64,000 nt of DNA from Asterionella formosa (taxonomy: Eukaryota): the NCBI GenBank assembly GCA_002256025.1, contig NKIB01012895.1, positions 1 to 64,000 on the forward strand, given 5' to 3'. Positions 23,300 through 34,549 of the stretch are shown in pieces. Within the stretch, counting starts at the first letter, position 1. Each line of letters starts with the position of its first letter. Both the position numbers and the translations under genes were made by a program. Below the pieces are notes generated by a model. It saw nothing but the letters and a program-made list of their open reading frames with translations, was not told the DNA's origin and did no database searches.

Positions 23300-26200
23300 C
23301 TAACGTTCACTCAATCTCTCTGCTCGTTCGCGTCGCTTTTTAATGGCACTCATAATGTCAAGTTGAGTTGGACGGGGAGGCGAAAGGCAGCTGAGGCTTT
23401 GCTCCTTTTGGTAAATTCGATGAAGATTGGGATCAGCAGGGTTGTTGTAGACAATACCCTTTACAAAGTCTTCTTTCACGTTCGAGGGAGCTGCTTTCAG
23501 CATCTTGTTGACCATCAATACAAGAGATTGGCCGTCCACTCCCGGTTTCGGTACACTCAACATCGTCGCCTTGTCAGTTTGACCATTCACAATTCCTTGA
23601 GTCCCATCAAAGTGCGTCTCTGGGGTTGCTGGTGACAAATCAGCTGGACTAACAGCGGAAGATATTGACCTTTTAGAAACTGGAAGCATATTTTTAGCAG
23701 ATTTGCTATTTTCTAAAGATTGGCGACCCGGAGAAAAGTCAAGAGATTCCGACTGGATCAAAACTGATGACTCGTCGTTCGCGATATCATCAGGCCGAAG
23801 GCGACTGTTTTTCGTACAATTCAACGGCACACCATGTGTTGGCTTTTTCTTCGCTGTAGCTTCCTTCCTTAATTCAGCAAGCTTTCTATTGTCGTGTTTC
23901 TCAACAGCGGCACTCAGGTTTGTTGCGAACTGCGATAGTATGCCAAGTAGTGTTGAAGTGACTCGCTCTCCACCACTTTCCCCACAGTATTTGGAAAGGT
24001 CCTTGCACGCTTTGAGAGAATTGTTTTTTTCTTCGGTAAGACTCAAGAGAATATTTTCCGCTTCAGTAATGAACTGTTCCAGACGATCCATTCCACTAGA
24101 TAATGTGCCTTCTTTGATTTCGGGAAGTGTAGATTCTACTGGCTGTTCAGATTCCTTCGTTTCGTCGTCATCACTAGAGGCAATCGCTGAGAGCGCTGGA
24201 TTCGTGCAGTGCGAAAGAGCGTCGAATAGGTTGCCCGAGATATCACCGATTGTACCCACTTTGTCAATGCCCTTTTTCGCTAGCTCTATTGTACCCGGGT
24301 TGCTACCTTTATCAGAAACGGGATTTTGTAAGTCCATGATAGCGAGGTATTTGTTTCGTGCTACGCCCGATTTCTCGGGTTTTAGGAGCTGGTTGTCCTG
24401 TCGACCTTGGAGGGAATCTAGTTGATTCGATTTGGGATCAGAGCCTTTATCGGATTCTCCGTCATCTCGATAGCGCGCCTTAATCGATGCAAACATGTTG
24501 GCCCTTGGATCGACACTACTTCTAACCTTTGATGTCCCTGGTGCGGAATTCCCTGTCTGTCGTTCCGAAACCTCTTCAACGAGCATCTGCAATTCATTCT
24601 TACATGTTTGTAGGGCCTTGATCATGTCGGTGACATCTCCAATCATGTCGCTGATTAACATTCGACTTGCCGCTTGACAATCTGGAAAGTCGTCTCCCAA
24701 ATTCAGCGTCTCGCGCATTTCCTTTGCAACAAAGATCATCACCATGTAATCAAGAACTGTTGTCTTCCCGTCGGAGCTCTTCGTTTGTGTCAACTTAAGA
24801 AGCGAATCGAACTTAAAACCAGACGCTCCACCTGTGCGGGTTCCTTCATTCATGATATTCCCTACGTGAAGGACCATCTCTAGAACATCTTGCAGCTTTT
24901 CACTCTTTTGAACTTGAAGGCATGCTCGCGACAACACTTGAAAATTCGTTATTAGTTGCGCGGCATTCTCGTTGAAAGTATCCATGGTTTGCATCACGAG
25001 CACTTTTGTTTCCATTCTTTTGACATTAGCAACTTCCTTAAAAAATAATTCGGCGGGGACCAATCTGCTGTCAACGCCCTTGTAGTTCTGGATTGATTTG
25101 GCTTCAGAAGTAGTGGGTAAAATATCTTTTACGAATTGAACTCGCTCTCCACAAATCAATCGATGCGGGTCCAAATGTGAAATTGTAGATGCAAGTTCGC
25201 TGTGAGTGAACTCCTTGAATGCTTTGAGACTTATGGCAACATTGTTGGCCCGATTGATGTCGATCAGTTTGGCCTTGCTGTCTGCAGCATCTATATCAGT
25301 AGCCGGGAAAATACCTTGACCGCCCTTCGGGTTGCTTTTCTTTTGGAATAGCTGAACCAGTTTCGAAATATCGCTTCCCTCCGGTTGAGCAGTAGTTACT
25401 TTCCTCTTCTTGATGGCTCGCCAGACACCAGTGTCAAGCTCTTCGCCTGAGAGAGGCGTCCATTGCAATGCTACAAGATTACTGCCAGGTAACTTGGACT
25501 GACCCGTGATTGCCTTTACACTTTTCGAGTCATCTCCAAGAACGATTCCGATAATCTTTTCACTGATACCTTCTTTTTGCATCTTATGCCGAACAGCATC
25601 GGGTGGGATCATCATCTTAAGCAACCTTCGATATGAATCAGCAATTTTCTCTTCTTCCTGAGACAAAATATTTGTGTGCACCTTAGTTTTCATATCGTCT
25701 GGATTTGGACCAAGCACAACGAGAACAATCTTTTCGTCAATGTTATCTTTCGTCATCTTGTGACGAACAGCGTCAGATGGGATCATCATTTGGAGCATTT
25801 TTCGGTACGTTTTGGCAATGGTCTCTTCCTCATTCGTCAATACATGCGCAGTGGTTTCATTCAGTTTTGGTGTTGTTTTGGCAGCCTCGTCGGGGAATAT
25901 TGCAAATACTATCTTCGAATCTACTTGGTCCTTTTTCATCTTATGCTTGACAGCATCCGGAGGGATCATCATCTTGAGCATCTTGCGGTAAGTTGAGGCA
26001 ACAGCCTCCTCTTCCGGGTTCAATTGGGTTTCCGATGGTACAGTTTGAATGGGCGCTTCACTTCTGGGGGGGTCTTTGTCGTTTCTGGAAAAAGCACTAA
26101 GGACAGCATCAATAATCTTCTGGTCAACGTTATCCATTGTCATTTTTTGTTTCACTGCTTCTGGAGGTACAGAATTTTTTATCATTTTTCGATACGGCTC

Positions 26201-29200
26201 CGCCACCTGGTCGTCCTCAGAGGATAAAGCATCGCCAATGCCCTGCGGCTGAGTATTCCCTGTGGGGTTGAGCACCGCCTGCCGGACGCTTTCCGATACA
26301 CCATCTTTCTTCATTTTGTGCTCGACGGCTTCCAACGGTATCCGCAACTGCAACATTTTCCGGTATGCAGTCGCAACCTTTTCGTCCTCGGCACTGAGTG
26401 ACGATCGATCTGCACAGCTCAGTACTAAACTAGTGGACGAATTGCCAATTTCGGGAAAAGTCCCTCGAAGCGCTTCATCGGCAGCCTTTGTCTTTCTCAT
26501 AGCTCGGTATCGCTCCAGCAGTTGATGCTCTTCTTCGTTTAGGACTTCACCAATCGCTTGATCTGTGGAAATCTCGTCGTGAGTCTTTTGAGGCATTGCT
26601 GCCACTTCTCGATCTTTCTTAAATTGAGCTGCTGGATCGAGCACTTTGCCTTTATTTGTTTCGTAAAATGAACTTGCAAACTGTAGGCATGCATCGGCTG
26701 TTGCAAATTCAACTCTTTTAGTCGAGCCATCAGCCAAGGCGAGACCAGCTGTATTCTCTGCCATATCAAGCGTCAGTGAATTTACCTTCAGACGAGAGAT
26801 TCTCCATGTCACTCGTGACAAGGTCCCTTCACCGATATTCCGTGTAATGATGAGGGTAGCCTTTCCAACAACGATAGCCTCGCTATGATTTTCGGGCATT
26901 CCTGGTTTGTGCTGCAACTCAATAGCGCTTGCATAATCAAAACCAAGAATTTTTGCTGGCAAATGGTTCAAATCAATTTCATCGCCAACTTGAATTCCGC
27001 AATCATCCATGTGACTTGGGATCTCGTGTATTCCAACTGTAGGACTTGATACATTTGGAGCAAGGGGTCTGGAGTGTACCACCTGAGAAGGTACTTTGCG
27101 TAGCATTTGGCAGAACGGCAAAATACTGTCTCCTTCGCCAGACTCTTTCCGATTCTCATGTTCGTCTGGGTCCAATGAACGAAGCTTAACCTTTGACCAA
27201 GGTACACTAGATTCACCTGCATCAGCCTCGTCTCCACTACCTTGATCAATAGAGCTGGTTGCCTTAAGTCGGATCACAGACCACGGTTTACCACTAGTGC
27301 CGTCTCCTCGGTCATTTGGAAGTAGCGGAGGGATGAAGGACTGTACTGGTTTGGGTGCCGGCTTTGGCTTGACTGGGGGCAACATCAATACTTCTTTTGC
27401 TGACTCTCTGATCATCACTTCTTCTTGCCTATTGTTAGTGGCCTTTAACTTGATTGTTGACCATGGAATACCACTGTCGTTGCCTCTGTCGCCTGGTGGT
27501 AATGCAGGAACAAATGATTGCACCGGTTTGGGCATCGGCCTTAGCTTGGCAAGGGGCAAGTGCGATACCTCATTTCCCAACGGCTCTCCAACTTCCTCCT
27601 GAAATGGCCTCGTGCTGGAAGCAACCTTCAACTTGATCGAAGACCAAGGCATACTATTTTCATCACTCGGAGGAACAAACGATGGAACTGGCTTGAGTAC
27701 AACCTTCACCTTCTCCCGATCTGATTCTGCCAATCGAGATGACCAGGCGGTCTTTTTCGTATCCGGAGAAAACACAATCGGTGGGGATAGTTTTGGGCTC
27801 GGAAGAACGACTTTGTCGGAATCGTCAATTGAGATCCACTGTATTCCACACGCTTCTCCTACTTGAGATTGTTTGGTATCTGATCGTAATTTGACGCTGG
27901 ACCAAGGTACTGTTGTCTTAATGATGGATGATTGTGATTGATCGCAAATGGCTGATTTAAGCTTGACCTCATACCATGGAGTCACTGTACCCTCGATGCG
28001 ACGCTTTCGCCCTGAGGATGTCTCGCTTGAAGCCTCTTCGTCTTCCTGAATAGTTTTCAAGGTAACTGGCGTCTTAAAGGGAAGTGGAGCATGTGCCATT
28101 TTACCAGCAGCGTTTGAAAAGTCGTTTCGATCCGGAACCTTGACGGGAGTCTTGGTAGCATCTGCAATTTCAGGTTTAGCAACAACATTTGAAAAGTTGT
28201 TTCCATCCGGAACCTTGACAATTGTCTTGGTAGCATTTTCAATCGGAGGTTTGGTAACTGTATTTGAAAAATCCTTTCGATCCGGAACATTGACAGTTGA
28301 CTTGGTAGCACCTGCAATTGTTGGTTTGGCAGCCGTTTTAGAAAAATCTTTTCGATCCGGAACCTTGACAGTCGTCTTGGCAGCATCTGCCATTGTAGTT
28401 TTGGCAGCAGTATTGAAAAAGTCTGTGCGATCCGGAACCTTGACAGGTGCCTTGTCAGCATCTGCCAGTGTAGGTTTTGTGGTAGCAGTATTGAAAAAGT
28501 CCGTCCGATCCGGGACCTTGAAAGGTGCCTTGTCAGCATCTGCCATTGTAGGTTTGGCAGCAGTATTGTAAAAGTCCATGCGATCCGGAACCTTGACAGG
28601 TGCCTTGTCAGCATTTGGAGCTTTGACGAATTCCGTGTGACCTATATCAATTTTGGTAGCACCTGTCGACTTGACGGATGTATTCAAGTGACCCTTAGTA
28701 GGCTTGACGGTTGCCTCTTGCAAAGGTTCGAAGGCTACCCATTCCTCCGTGGGAAACAACTGCCGGACTGAAGTTTCCTCATTGGGCTCTACATTTCTTT
28801 TGCCTGGTATTGAATCCTTACTCGTCATCTGTTTTGCGACACATTTCTTGAGAGGATCGCCGTTTACAGTCTTGACCTGTTTCTCTCGTTTAAAATGCTT
28901 GTCATTGACCAATTGAGTTTCAGGTTGACATTCCATGGTGGTTGATTTTTTCATATATAGATTCATTTCTGTCAAGAGTTGTTTTGTCGTGGCATCAAAT
29001 TTGATTTTCGTTGGAGCTGGCGCATCATTTTCGTCCTGCTTATTTTTTCCAAACAATGATCGAAAGGATCTCCACAATTCAGTATGATCTCCAGCTACTT
29101 CTTTTTGCAAGACATCCAGAAATGATCCATATGATTCTGATGTTGCTTGTGGTGGCAAAGCAATGGGTTCTGACGCAGAAGCAACGACTGTTGTGGGCTT

Positions 29201-29458
29201 CTTGGGCAATTGCGCATTCTTTTTGGCCAAGCTCTTTTGAAGGACTTTACGAAGCAATGCTTTTTGATCCGGCTTTGTCGTCGTACTTGTCCCCCGGCTC
29301 TTTGGATCGAACAATGGCGGTGGCTTGTTGGATCTTGTTTCAAGGGGACGACTGCTCTGTTCTTTTAACTGTAGCTGTCGTTCCGTCAATTGAATCCCAA
29401 AATCCTTTTCTTCTTCCATGAATGTAAACGAAGTTCCATTGTATCGACTCGTCGTCAT
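23300..29458 (-). CDS. Large formin (FH2 domain) with CCDC53-like, WH2-like and 26-aa repeats
   Basis: FH2 hallmarks: LQWTPL, LIDINRANNVAISLK, LHVGNIMNEGTRTGGASGFKFDSLLKLTQTKSSDGKTTVLDY. Single long ORF; probable ATG at 29458 (MTTSRY), as the ORF-track extension to 29896 looks like UTR. Confidence 0.9.
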   Translation of the reverse strand: MTTSRYNGTSFTFMEEEKDFGIQLTERQLQLKEQSSRPLETRSNKPPPLFDPKSRGTSTTTKPDQKALLRKVLQKSLAKKNAQLPKKPTTVVASASEPIALPPQATSESYGSFLDVLQKEVAGDHTELWRSFRSLFGKNKQDENDAPAPTKIKFDATTKQLLTEMNLYMKKSTTMECQPETQLVNDKHFKREKQVKTVNGDPLKKCVAKQMTSKDSIPGKRNVEPNEETSVRQLFPTEEWVAFEPLQEATVKPTKGHLNTSVKSTGATKIDIGHTEFVKAPNADKAPVKVPDRMDFYNTAAKPTMADADKAPFKVPDRTDFFNTATTKPTLADADKAPVKVPDRTDFFNTAAKTTMADAAKTTVKVPDRKDFSKTAAKPTIAGATKSTVNVPDRKDFSNTVTKPPIENATKTIVKVPDGNNFSNVVAKPEIADATKTPVKVPDRNDFSNAAGKMAHAPLPFKTPVTLKTIQEDEEASSETSSGRKRRIEGTVTPWYEVKLKSAICDQSQSSIIKTTVPWSSVKLRSDTKQSQVGEACGIQWISIDDSDKVVLPSPKLSPPIVFSPDTKKTAWSSRLAESDREKVKVVLKPVPSFVPPSDENSMPWSSIKLKVASSTRPFQEEVGEPLGNEVSHLPLAKLRPMPKPVQSFVPALPPGDRGNDSGIPWSTIKLKATNNRQEEVMIRESAKEVLMLPPVKPKPAPKPVQSFIPPLLPNDRGDGTSGKPWSVIRLKATSSIDQGSGDEADAGESSVPWSKVKLRSLDPDEHENRKESGEGDSILPFCQMLRKVPSQVVHSRPLAPNVSSPTVGIHEIPSHMDDCGIQVGDEIDLNHLPAKILGFDYASAIELQHKPGMPENHSEAIVVGKATLIITRNIGEGTLSRVTWRISRLKVNSLTLDMAENTAGLALADGSTKRVEFATADACLQFASSFYETNKGKVLDPAAQFKKDREVAAMPQKTHDEISTDQAIGEVLNEEEHQLLERYRAMRKTKAADEALRGTFPEIGNSSTSLVLSCADRSSLSAEDEKVATAYRKMLQLRIPLEAVEHKMKKDGVSESVRQAVLNPTGNTQPQGIGDALSSEDDQVAEPYRKMIKNSVPPEAVKQKMTMDNVDQKIIDAVLSAFSRNDKDPPRSEAPIQTVPSETQLNPEEEAVASTYRKMLKMMIPPDAVKHKMKKDQVDSKIVFAIFPDEAAKTTPKLNETTAHVLTNEEETIAKTYRKMLQMMIPSDAVRHKMTKDNIDEKIVLVVLGPNPDDMKTKVHTNILSQEEEKIADSYRRLLKMMIPPDAVRHKMQKEGISEKIIGIVLGDDSKSVKAITGQSKLPGSNLVALQWTPLSGEELDTGVWRAIKKRKVTTAQPEGSDISKLVQLFQKKSNPKGGQGIFPATDIDAADSKAKLIDINRANNVAISLKAFKEFTHSELASTISHLDPHRLICGERVQFVKDILPTTSEAKSIQNYKGVDSRLVPAELFFKEVANVKRMETKVLVMQTMDTFNENAAQLITNFQVLSRACLQVQKSEKLQDVLEMVLHVGNIMNEGTRTGGASGFKFDSLLKLTQTKSSDGKTTVLDYMVMIFVAKEMRETLNLGDDFPDCQAASRMLISDMIGDVTDMIKALQTCKNELQMLVEEVSERQTGNSAPGTSKVRSSVDPRANMFASIKARYRDDGESDKGSDPKSNQLDSLQGRQDNQLLKPEKSGVARNKYLAIMDLQNPVSDKGSNPGTIELAKKGIDKVGTIGDISGNLFDALSHCTNPALSAIASSDDDETKESEQPVESTLPEIKEGTLSSGMDRLEQFITEAENILLSLTEEKNNSLKACKDLSKYCGESGGERVTSTLLGILSQFATNLSAAVEKHDNRKLAELRKEATAKKKPTHGVPLNCTKNSRLRPDDIANDESSVLIQSESLDFSPGRQSLENSKSAKNMLPVSKRSISSAVSPADLSPATPETHFDGTQGIVNGQTDKATMLSVPKPGVDGQSLVLMVNKMLKAAPSNVKEDFVKGIVYNNPADPNLHRIYQKEQSLSCLSPPRPTQLDIMSAIKKRRERAERLSER
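28100..28625 (-). repeat. Coding tandem repeat, ~78-bp / 26-aa unit, about 7 copies
   Basis: KAPVKVPDRTDFFNTAAKPTMADA-like units; GATCCGGAACCTTGAC recurs every ~78 bp. Confidence 0.9.
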
Positions 29459-29946
29459 GATGATCGCTGGTTGCAGGTAAATGCATGCAGCAACAACAGC
29501 AAGAGGAGGAATGGAGATGCACAATGGTGTATACCTGTAGTGGAGTAACCAGACCCCCAGGAGCAGCAACAGCGCTAGTATGGAGGCTACCAGGTACAAG
29601 AAGTTATGTAGGATACTAACACATTGATGATGATTATGGCCAACATCGAAGCACGCAAGAGGAGGGGGCGGAGCGGCCGAGACAATTTGTTTTGATCGTT
29701 GGGATAATGAAATAGAGAGGGGTCTTGGATTCAAATTATATATATATATAAAATGAAGATGTATATGCGTCGCAATCTGGGATGCATTGTTCTTGCACAT
29801 TTTCTGTTGCGAAGCAATTAAGAAGTTCCTGATTCCATCGTCGCGAGGGAGCAAGCAACATTTCTTGTTGCTTTCAGCCATCAGGTATCGTATCAATTCG
29901 TATCAATCAGACCATAATTTTAAGTGCAGGCGCTCAGTATACCAGT

Positions 29947-29990
29947 TACCTGGTACCAGGTTCTTGGTACCTGGTACCTGGTACCTGGTA
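29947..29990. repeat. (TACCWGG)n 7-bp array
   Basis: TACCTGGTACCAGG...GGTACCTGGTACCTGGTACCTGGTA. Similar arrays occur near 11954, 17244-17317, 33000 and 55823. Confidence 0.85.
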
Positions 29991-31384
29991 CAATGAATAC
30001 CAGGTCGTACCGGTGGTGAAAAAGCATCTTCTTGTCGGAAAGTAAATATCTGTACCACCGGTACTAGGTACGCACATTCAAATTGTGTATCAGGTAGACC
30101 TGAACAGAACTGTACTCCGTATCAGAGAGGAATATTTCCGTAGCAGAGATTTCATCATGTGCTTTTATACACATCAAAACTTATGAGCTCACCCTTGGTA
30201 CCAGGTACCAATGCATGTGGCAATGAACATCGAGAAAATAAAAAGCTAGAACACTGCACACATCACTCCAAAATTCATGTATTGCCTCAGTCATCATGAA
30301 CACCATCCAGGTACCAGGTCCCAGTATTTTATTTTTGGTACATGCAAGATATGTTTGCCCGCTTAGACCAGACATGCTGCCATGCTGATAGCAAAGCAAG
30401 ATTATGTGGTCCATGATGCAGGAGGTCTAATGTCACATTGTCACCTAGCTATGTACTAGTACTAGGGTATGATTCAATCCAGCAACCATGTCACTCTTCT
30501 CATAATATTACTTGCTAAGTTCGATGTACTAATTGCCCTAGGTACCAGGGTACTGGCTATAACTACATACCGGTACTAAGGATCCAGAGCTATAAAGGCT
30601 ATCACCACCATCATGTACCCTCATATATTACATAGTAAGTAGTTCTTCCTTGTTGAAAATGATACTTTGGTTAAGTACAAATGGAGACAAAATGTCAGCA
30701 AGTATCAGTATGCAGAATGGAATGCCGTCCAGGTAATTGCCATGGGTTGCTTACATGTTGGCTAGATACTACTCAGCTACTAAGTAAATCATAGCAGAAT
30801 GACTTCCAACTTCCTGTAGTTGGCATGATGGCTGATATGCTAACCTTGCACTCCTGTGGAAGTTGCGGTAAAAGACGGTTCTTTCTGTAAGGAAACACAG
30901 CCAAAAACAGATGTCTGGCTTGAAACCATGATTGGATTGTTCTGCCAGTGAGCGAGATGGTCACATGTTCCTTTCTTGCTTCAATTCTGCTTATCGGTGC
31001 CACCTAAATAGTGAGAGTCATACAAACTTTCAGTTTTGAACTGATAGTCATAGCAAAACGGGGTAATCACATGGTTTGAGACAAATATTTGTAATATTAT
31101 AAATGTGTATTAGACAAAGTCCTTCCTTTGTATGTAAGGAACAGCATTGTTCATACTTGAACACTGCACTCTTGTACCAGTTCTTTAGTTAAAGCGGCCC
31201 AAAAGTGGCGGTCAATGCTTTTTGGTCCAAATCAGTTTTACCCCATCTGTAGGAATCCAAGAAATTTAGTCTAGTCTAGTTGTGTATATTCATATTTCCT
31301 GAAACTACCAGTAGTTACATCCTGACACTAAATTGTATAGAAGCAAGGTGTGCTTAAAGGGTAGTATCTCTCCATCAAACTTTA

Positions 31385-32794
31385 TTAATGATTCACATCT
31401 TTTTCCTCGCCCTCGTCAATAACATCATAGTATCTTCGACTTCCCCGAGTTCTCTTGGTTCGCTTATCTTTATTGTTTGCTTCCCTATCAGTTTTGCTGC
31501 TTCCGGGGGAATCCAATGCTGCTAATGGTGTCATGCGTTTCAAAATATCCAGGTACAAATTCCCATATCCTTCATACATGAGTCCAGTAGTAAGATTATA
31601 TGGTTGGTCCGTGGATGGTCCGATGCACGGTTCAATTTGTGTATCTTCATGCCATTCATTAAATGAATTGACTAGTACCAAATTTCCCGTCGCTGAGTCT
31701 GTTTGGCGGACGGCTCGTTTCAAGGATGCTGCAAAGAAGGATCCTTCTGGTTTGGTGGCTGACAACCGTCTCGACAGTGGGGTATGATTCGCCTCAAATC
31801 GAACACCATAATCATTGAACCCTGGCGTTACAGATGGGATAAATCCACAATCTTCATTCATGGCAAGGCGTCTCCATGTAATTTGATTACCATAGTATTC
31901 ATCAACAGCATCTTTCCCTGCGTATCCTCGTCCCATTGTTCCGTATACATCATAATTAGTAACAGCATCCAAATATTCAAATGCCTTGGCTTCAGGTGTC
32001 ATGATCCCATTTTCTGTAATTGGCGGTTTTCCAAAGGCTTGATCACCAATCAGATAAATCATGAATCCCTTTTTTGCAGCAGCGGTTCTTGCCAATAACA
32101 AAGATTCTTCTAAAAGTCCCTCTACATCATCCAAAACTCGTGTCACATAAACCACAAGGACCGGTCGACCTTGAATGTGATAATAGTTTGGATGTGAAAA
32201 GTAGGTCTCACAAATGTAGGAAATATCATCAATGATTCGATGTGTTCGATCCGAGGTGGTTGCATTTACATTTTTATTCCCACTTCCAGCCATGCGATTG
32301 GATGTTTCATACAGCAAGGCAATTTTGTGTGTCGTCCCCTCGATTGCTTTCAAAATGACATTTTTAATGACCAGGTCGGTTTGTTTGTTTGGACCCCACC
32401 ACGACGTGACCCATAATCCAATATTGGCATACTGACTCCATTTCAAATGCTGGTCAATGACTTTTTTATTCGATTGATCGTATTCACCCAGTTGTGGTTG
32501 TTGTGAAAGCAATTGGCGGACATAGTTGCCATTGTGAAAGTTGTTGTCAGCCACATACCAGGGATAATAGTAAGCGCCAATGGTCATTTGGGGGAGGAGG
32601 ATACTCGCCGTGTCTTCCATCTCACCATCGAGATGACGAGTAGTGGTCCTTATTGTGGGAGTATCCAACACAAGCAAGAGCAAGAGCAAGCACCCGCTGA
32701 AGGTCAATGCGGTCATTCCAATCCTATAACGTGCGGCTGTTGTCCATTCGATTGTCTTGGACTCATCTGGTGGTCGATTCACATTGTCCATCAT
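31385..32794 (-). CDS. GH99-like glycoprotein endo-alpha-mannosidase, type II membrane protein
   Basis: N-terminal TM helix; GAYYYPWY, IDQHLKWSQYANIGLWVTSWWG, PSVTPGFND, and the catalytic NSFNEWHEDTQIEP motif. Confidence 0.85.
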   Translation of the reverse strand: MMDNVNRPPDESKTIEWTTAARYRIGMTALTFSGCLLLLLLVLDTPTIRTTTRHLDGEMEDTASILLPQMTIGAYYYPWYVADNNFHNGNYVRQLLSQQPQLGEYDQSNKKVIDQHLKWSQYANIGLWVTSWWGPNKQTDLVIKNVILKAIEGTTHKIALLYETSNRMAGSGNKNVNATTSDRTHRIIDDISYICETYFSHPNYYHIQGRPVLVVYVTRVLDDVEGLLEESLLLARTAAAKKGFMIYLIGDQAFGKPPITENGIMTPEAKAFEYLDAVTNYDVYGTMGRGYAGKDAVDEYYGNQITWRRLAMNEDCGFIPSVTPGFNDYGVRFEANHTPLSRRLSATKPEGSFFAASLKRAVRQTDSATGNLVLVNSFNEWHEDTQIEPCIGPSTDQPYNLTTGLMYEGYGNLYLDILKRMTPLAALDSPGSSKTDREANNKDKRTKRTRGSRRYYDVIDEGEEKDVNH

Positions 32795-34549
32795 TGTATC
32801 TAATTGCACAGTGTTGCGTTTGTGTGTGGACAGTAGCACCACCTCGTTTTCTTTGCAGCGTCGCTCACCTCGTTCCGTTATAAATCACCGATTTATCCAA
32901 ATATACTATCTGGACGAATGCTCGTTGAATAAAAAGTGAAATAAAAGGATCATGTACCTACCGGTACGATACATAAATAATGTCAAAATAATGCCGGTGA
33001 CCAGGTACCAGGTACCAGGCTACACTACCGTATACTACACGGTAATCATAAAAGGAGATTACAATCACTTTCGTGATTGCAAGAAATCAGGGTACTGGTA
33101 CCTGATACTCATACTTATAGATCCTCCTTTCAATCGTGGGAGGAAGGGAACTACAGGTACAAACCGGTATTCTAACACTAGCTACGTACATAAGATACGT
33201 AGGAGTAGAACAAGAAATGGTTACTCTACTACTATTTGTGCATATAGGACCGTACCACACGCGAATTGCCATCCGAAGGTAATTTTTGTCAATCAAATTT
33301 TGTTTCCTTTCTACATCATCTATACCAAGACTATTCGAAATCATATAAATGTAAATAAATAAATAAATAGACACACCGGTAGGCCCATTCCAATATATGT
33401 ATCAGTGGTTTACGAGTTGCCATTGCAATTCAATATATAGGAGCGACTACGTATTAATCGGAGTACCAACATATATTTTGGCCTCCTAAATACGAGGCAG
33501 ATGCCAATGTCCCGTACAAAAAAATACTCGTGTAAAAGTACAGATCTGCCTATTTGTCAATACAACTAGACCACACCCGTATGCTGAATGAAAAACAAAT
33601 ATGGTGTATACAATTGATAAAGGTGCACATTCATACGTATATATTGTATGTAAATAAGAAAATTTCATAGTAAAATTCCCATGACCGGTTCGACAAACTC
33701 TTGGCTGGGGCAAAAAATTGTGTGCTCTCGCTCCATTTTCTTCGAAAGGTGAATTGAAAGTGCGGAATCGATACCTGACCCTTCGTACTATCTAAAACTT
33801 TCTTCCATTTTTAAAAAGAATACATATTCATGAAGTTATGGTCGTTTTCGGGAAATCCCAGAATCCTTACCAATTCGCCAAGTATTACGCTCTATGGGAG
33901 AAATAGAAACGAATAAAAGCATATACCGGTACACCCTCTGGTTGAAAATAATTGTGTCGAATACCACTGGTGTCTTTGCTGTTCGCATATGAAGGATTAC
34001 GTAGCCAACATACCATTTTTAAATGAGGATCATTGTGCTTGAAAAAATGCATTTGTTGTTTGTTACATAGATGTGAACATACCCTCTGTTTCTGAAATTA
34101 ATTTAATAGCATCTAAATAAATTATTCGAAACCAATTTAGCATGCATATATTAATTATGTGCATGTGCATATCACCAAATGCTGATTCACATCGGCTGGC
34201 CACTCAAATATTTGTAGGAACCCAAATAGAACAAGTCACTATCATAATTATAACATGAATAGCAGAGTAACTGTTGTTTTGTATGCTTTCTACAGTTGTT
34301 GCACTTAAATTGCTGACCACACTGCCGGATATTTAACAGTGATTTCCTCAAAACAAGCATACCATTGTTTTCTTACTACTTCCCACTATTGCAATTTTCG
34401 GGGTTGCGCATTCCATAGCTAATTGAATGGAAGTTGCCATTGTTCTACTGTTGTATCCTACTTTGTAAGTATGTTGAGAATAGATGGTTCGAAGAAAAAT
34501 GGGTCCTCATGATGCATCTGCATTTTGCTTGAGAGAGCCATAAGTGAAA

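Noticed and set aside
23363..28916. Many plus-strand and alternative-frame ORFs overlapping the formin
   Set aside because: Shadow ORFs of a long coding sequence.
29459..29896. 146-aa N-terminal extension of the formin ORF
   Set aside because: Starts at a non-ATG codon and spans (TA)n and UTR-like sequence. ATG 29458 is more plausible.
18058..32794. GH72 + GH99 as a glycan gene cluster
   Set aside because: Separated by unrelated genes (rpl15, formin) and acting on different glycans; no evidence of functional clustering.
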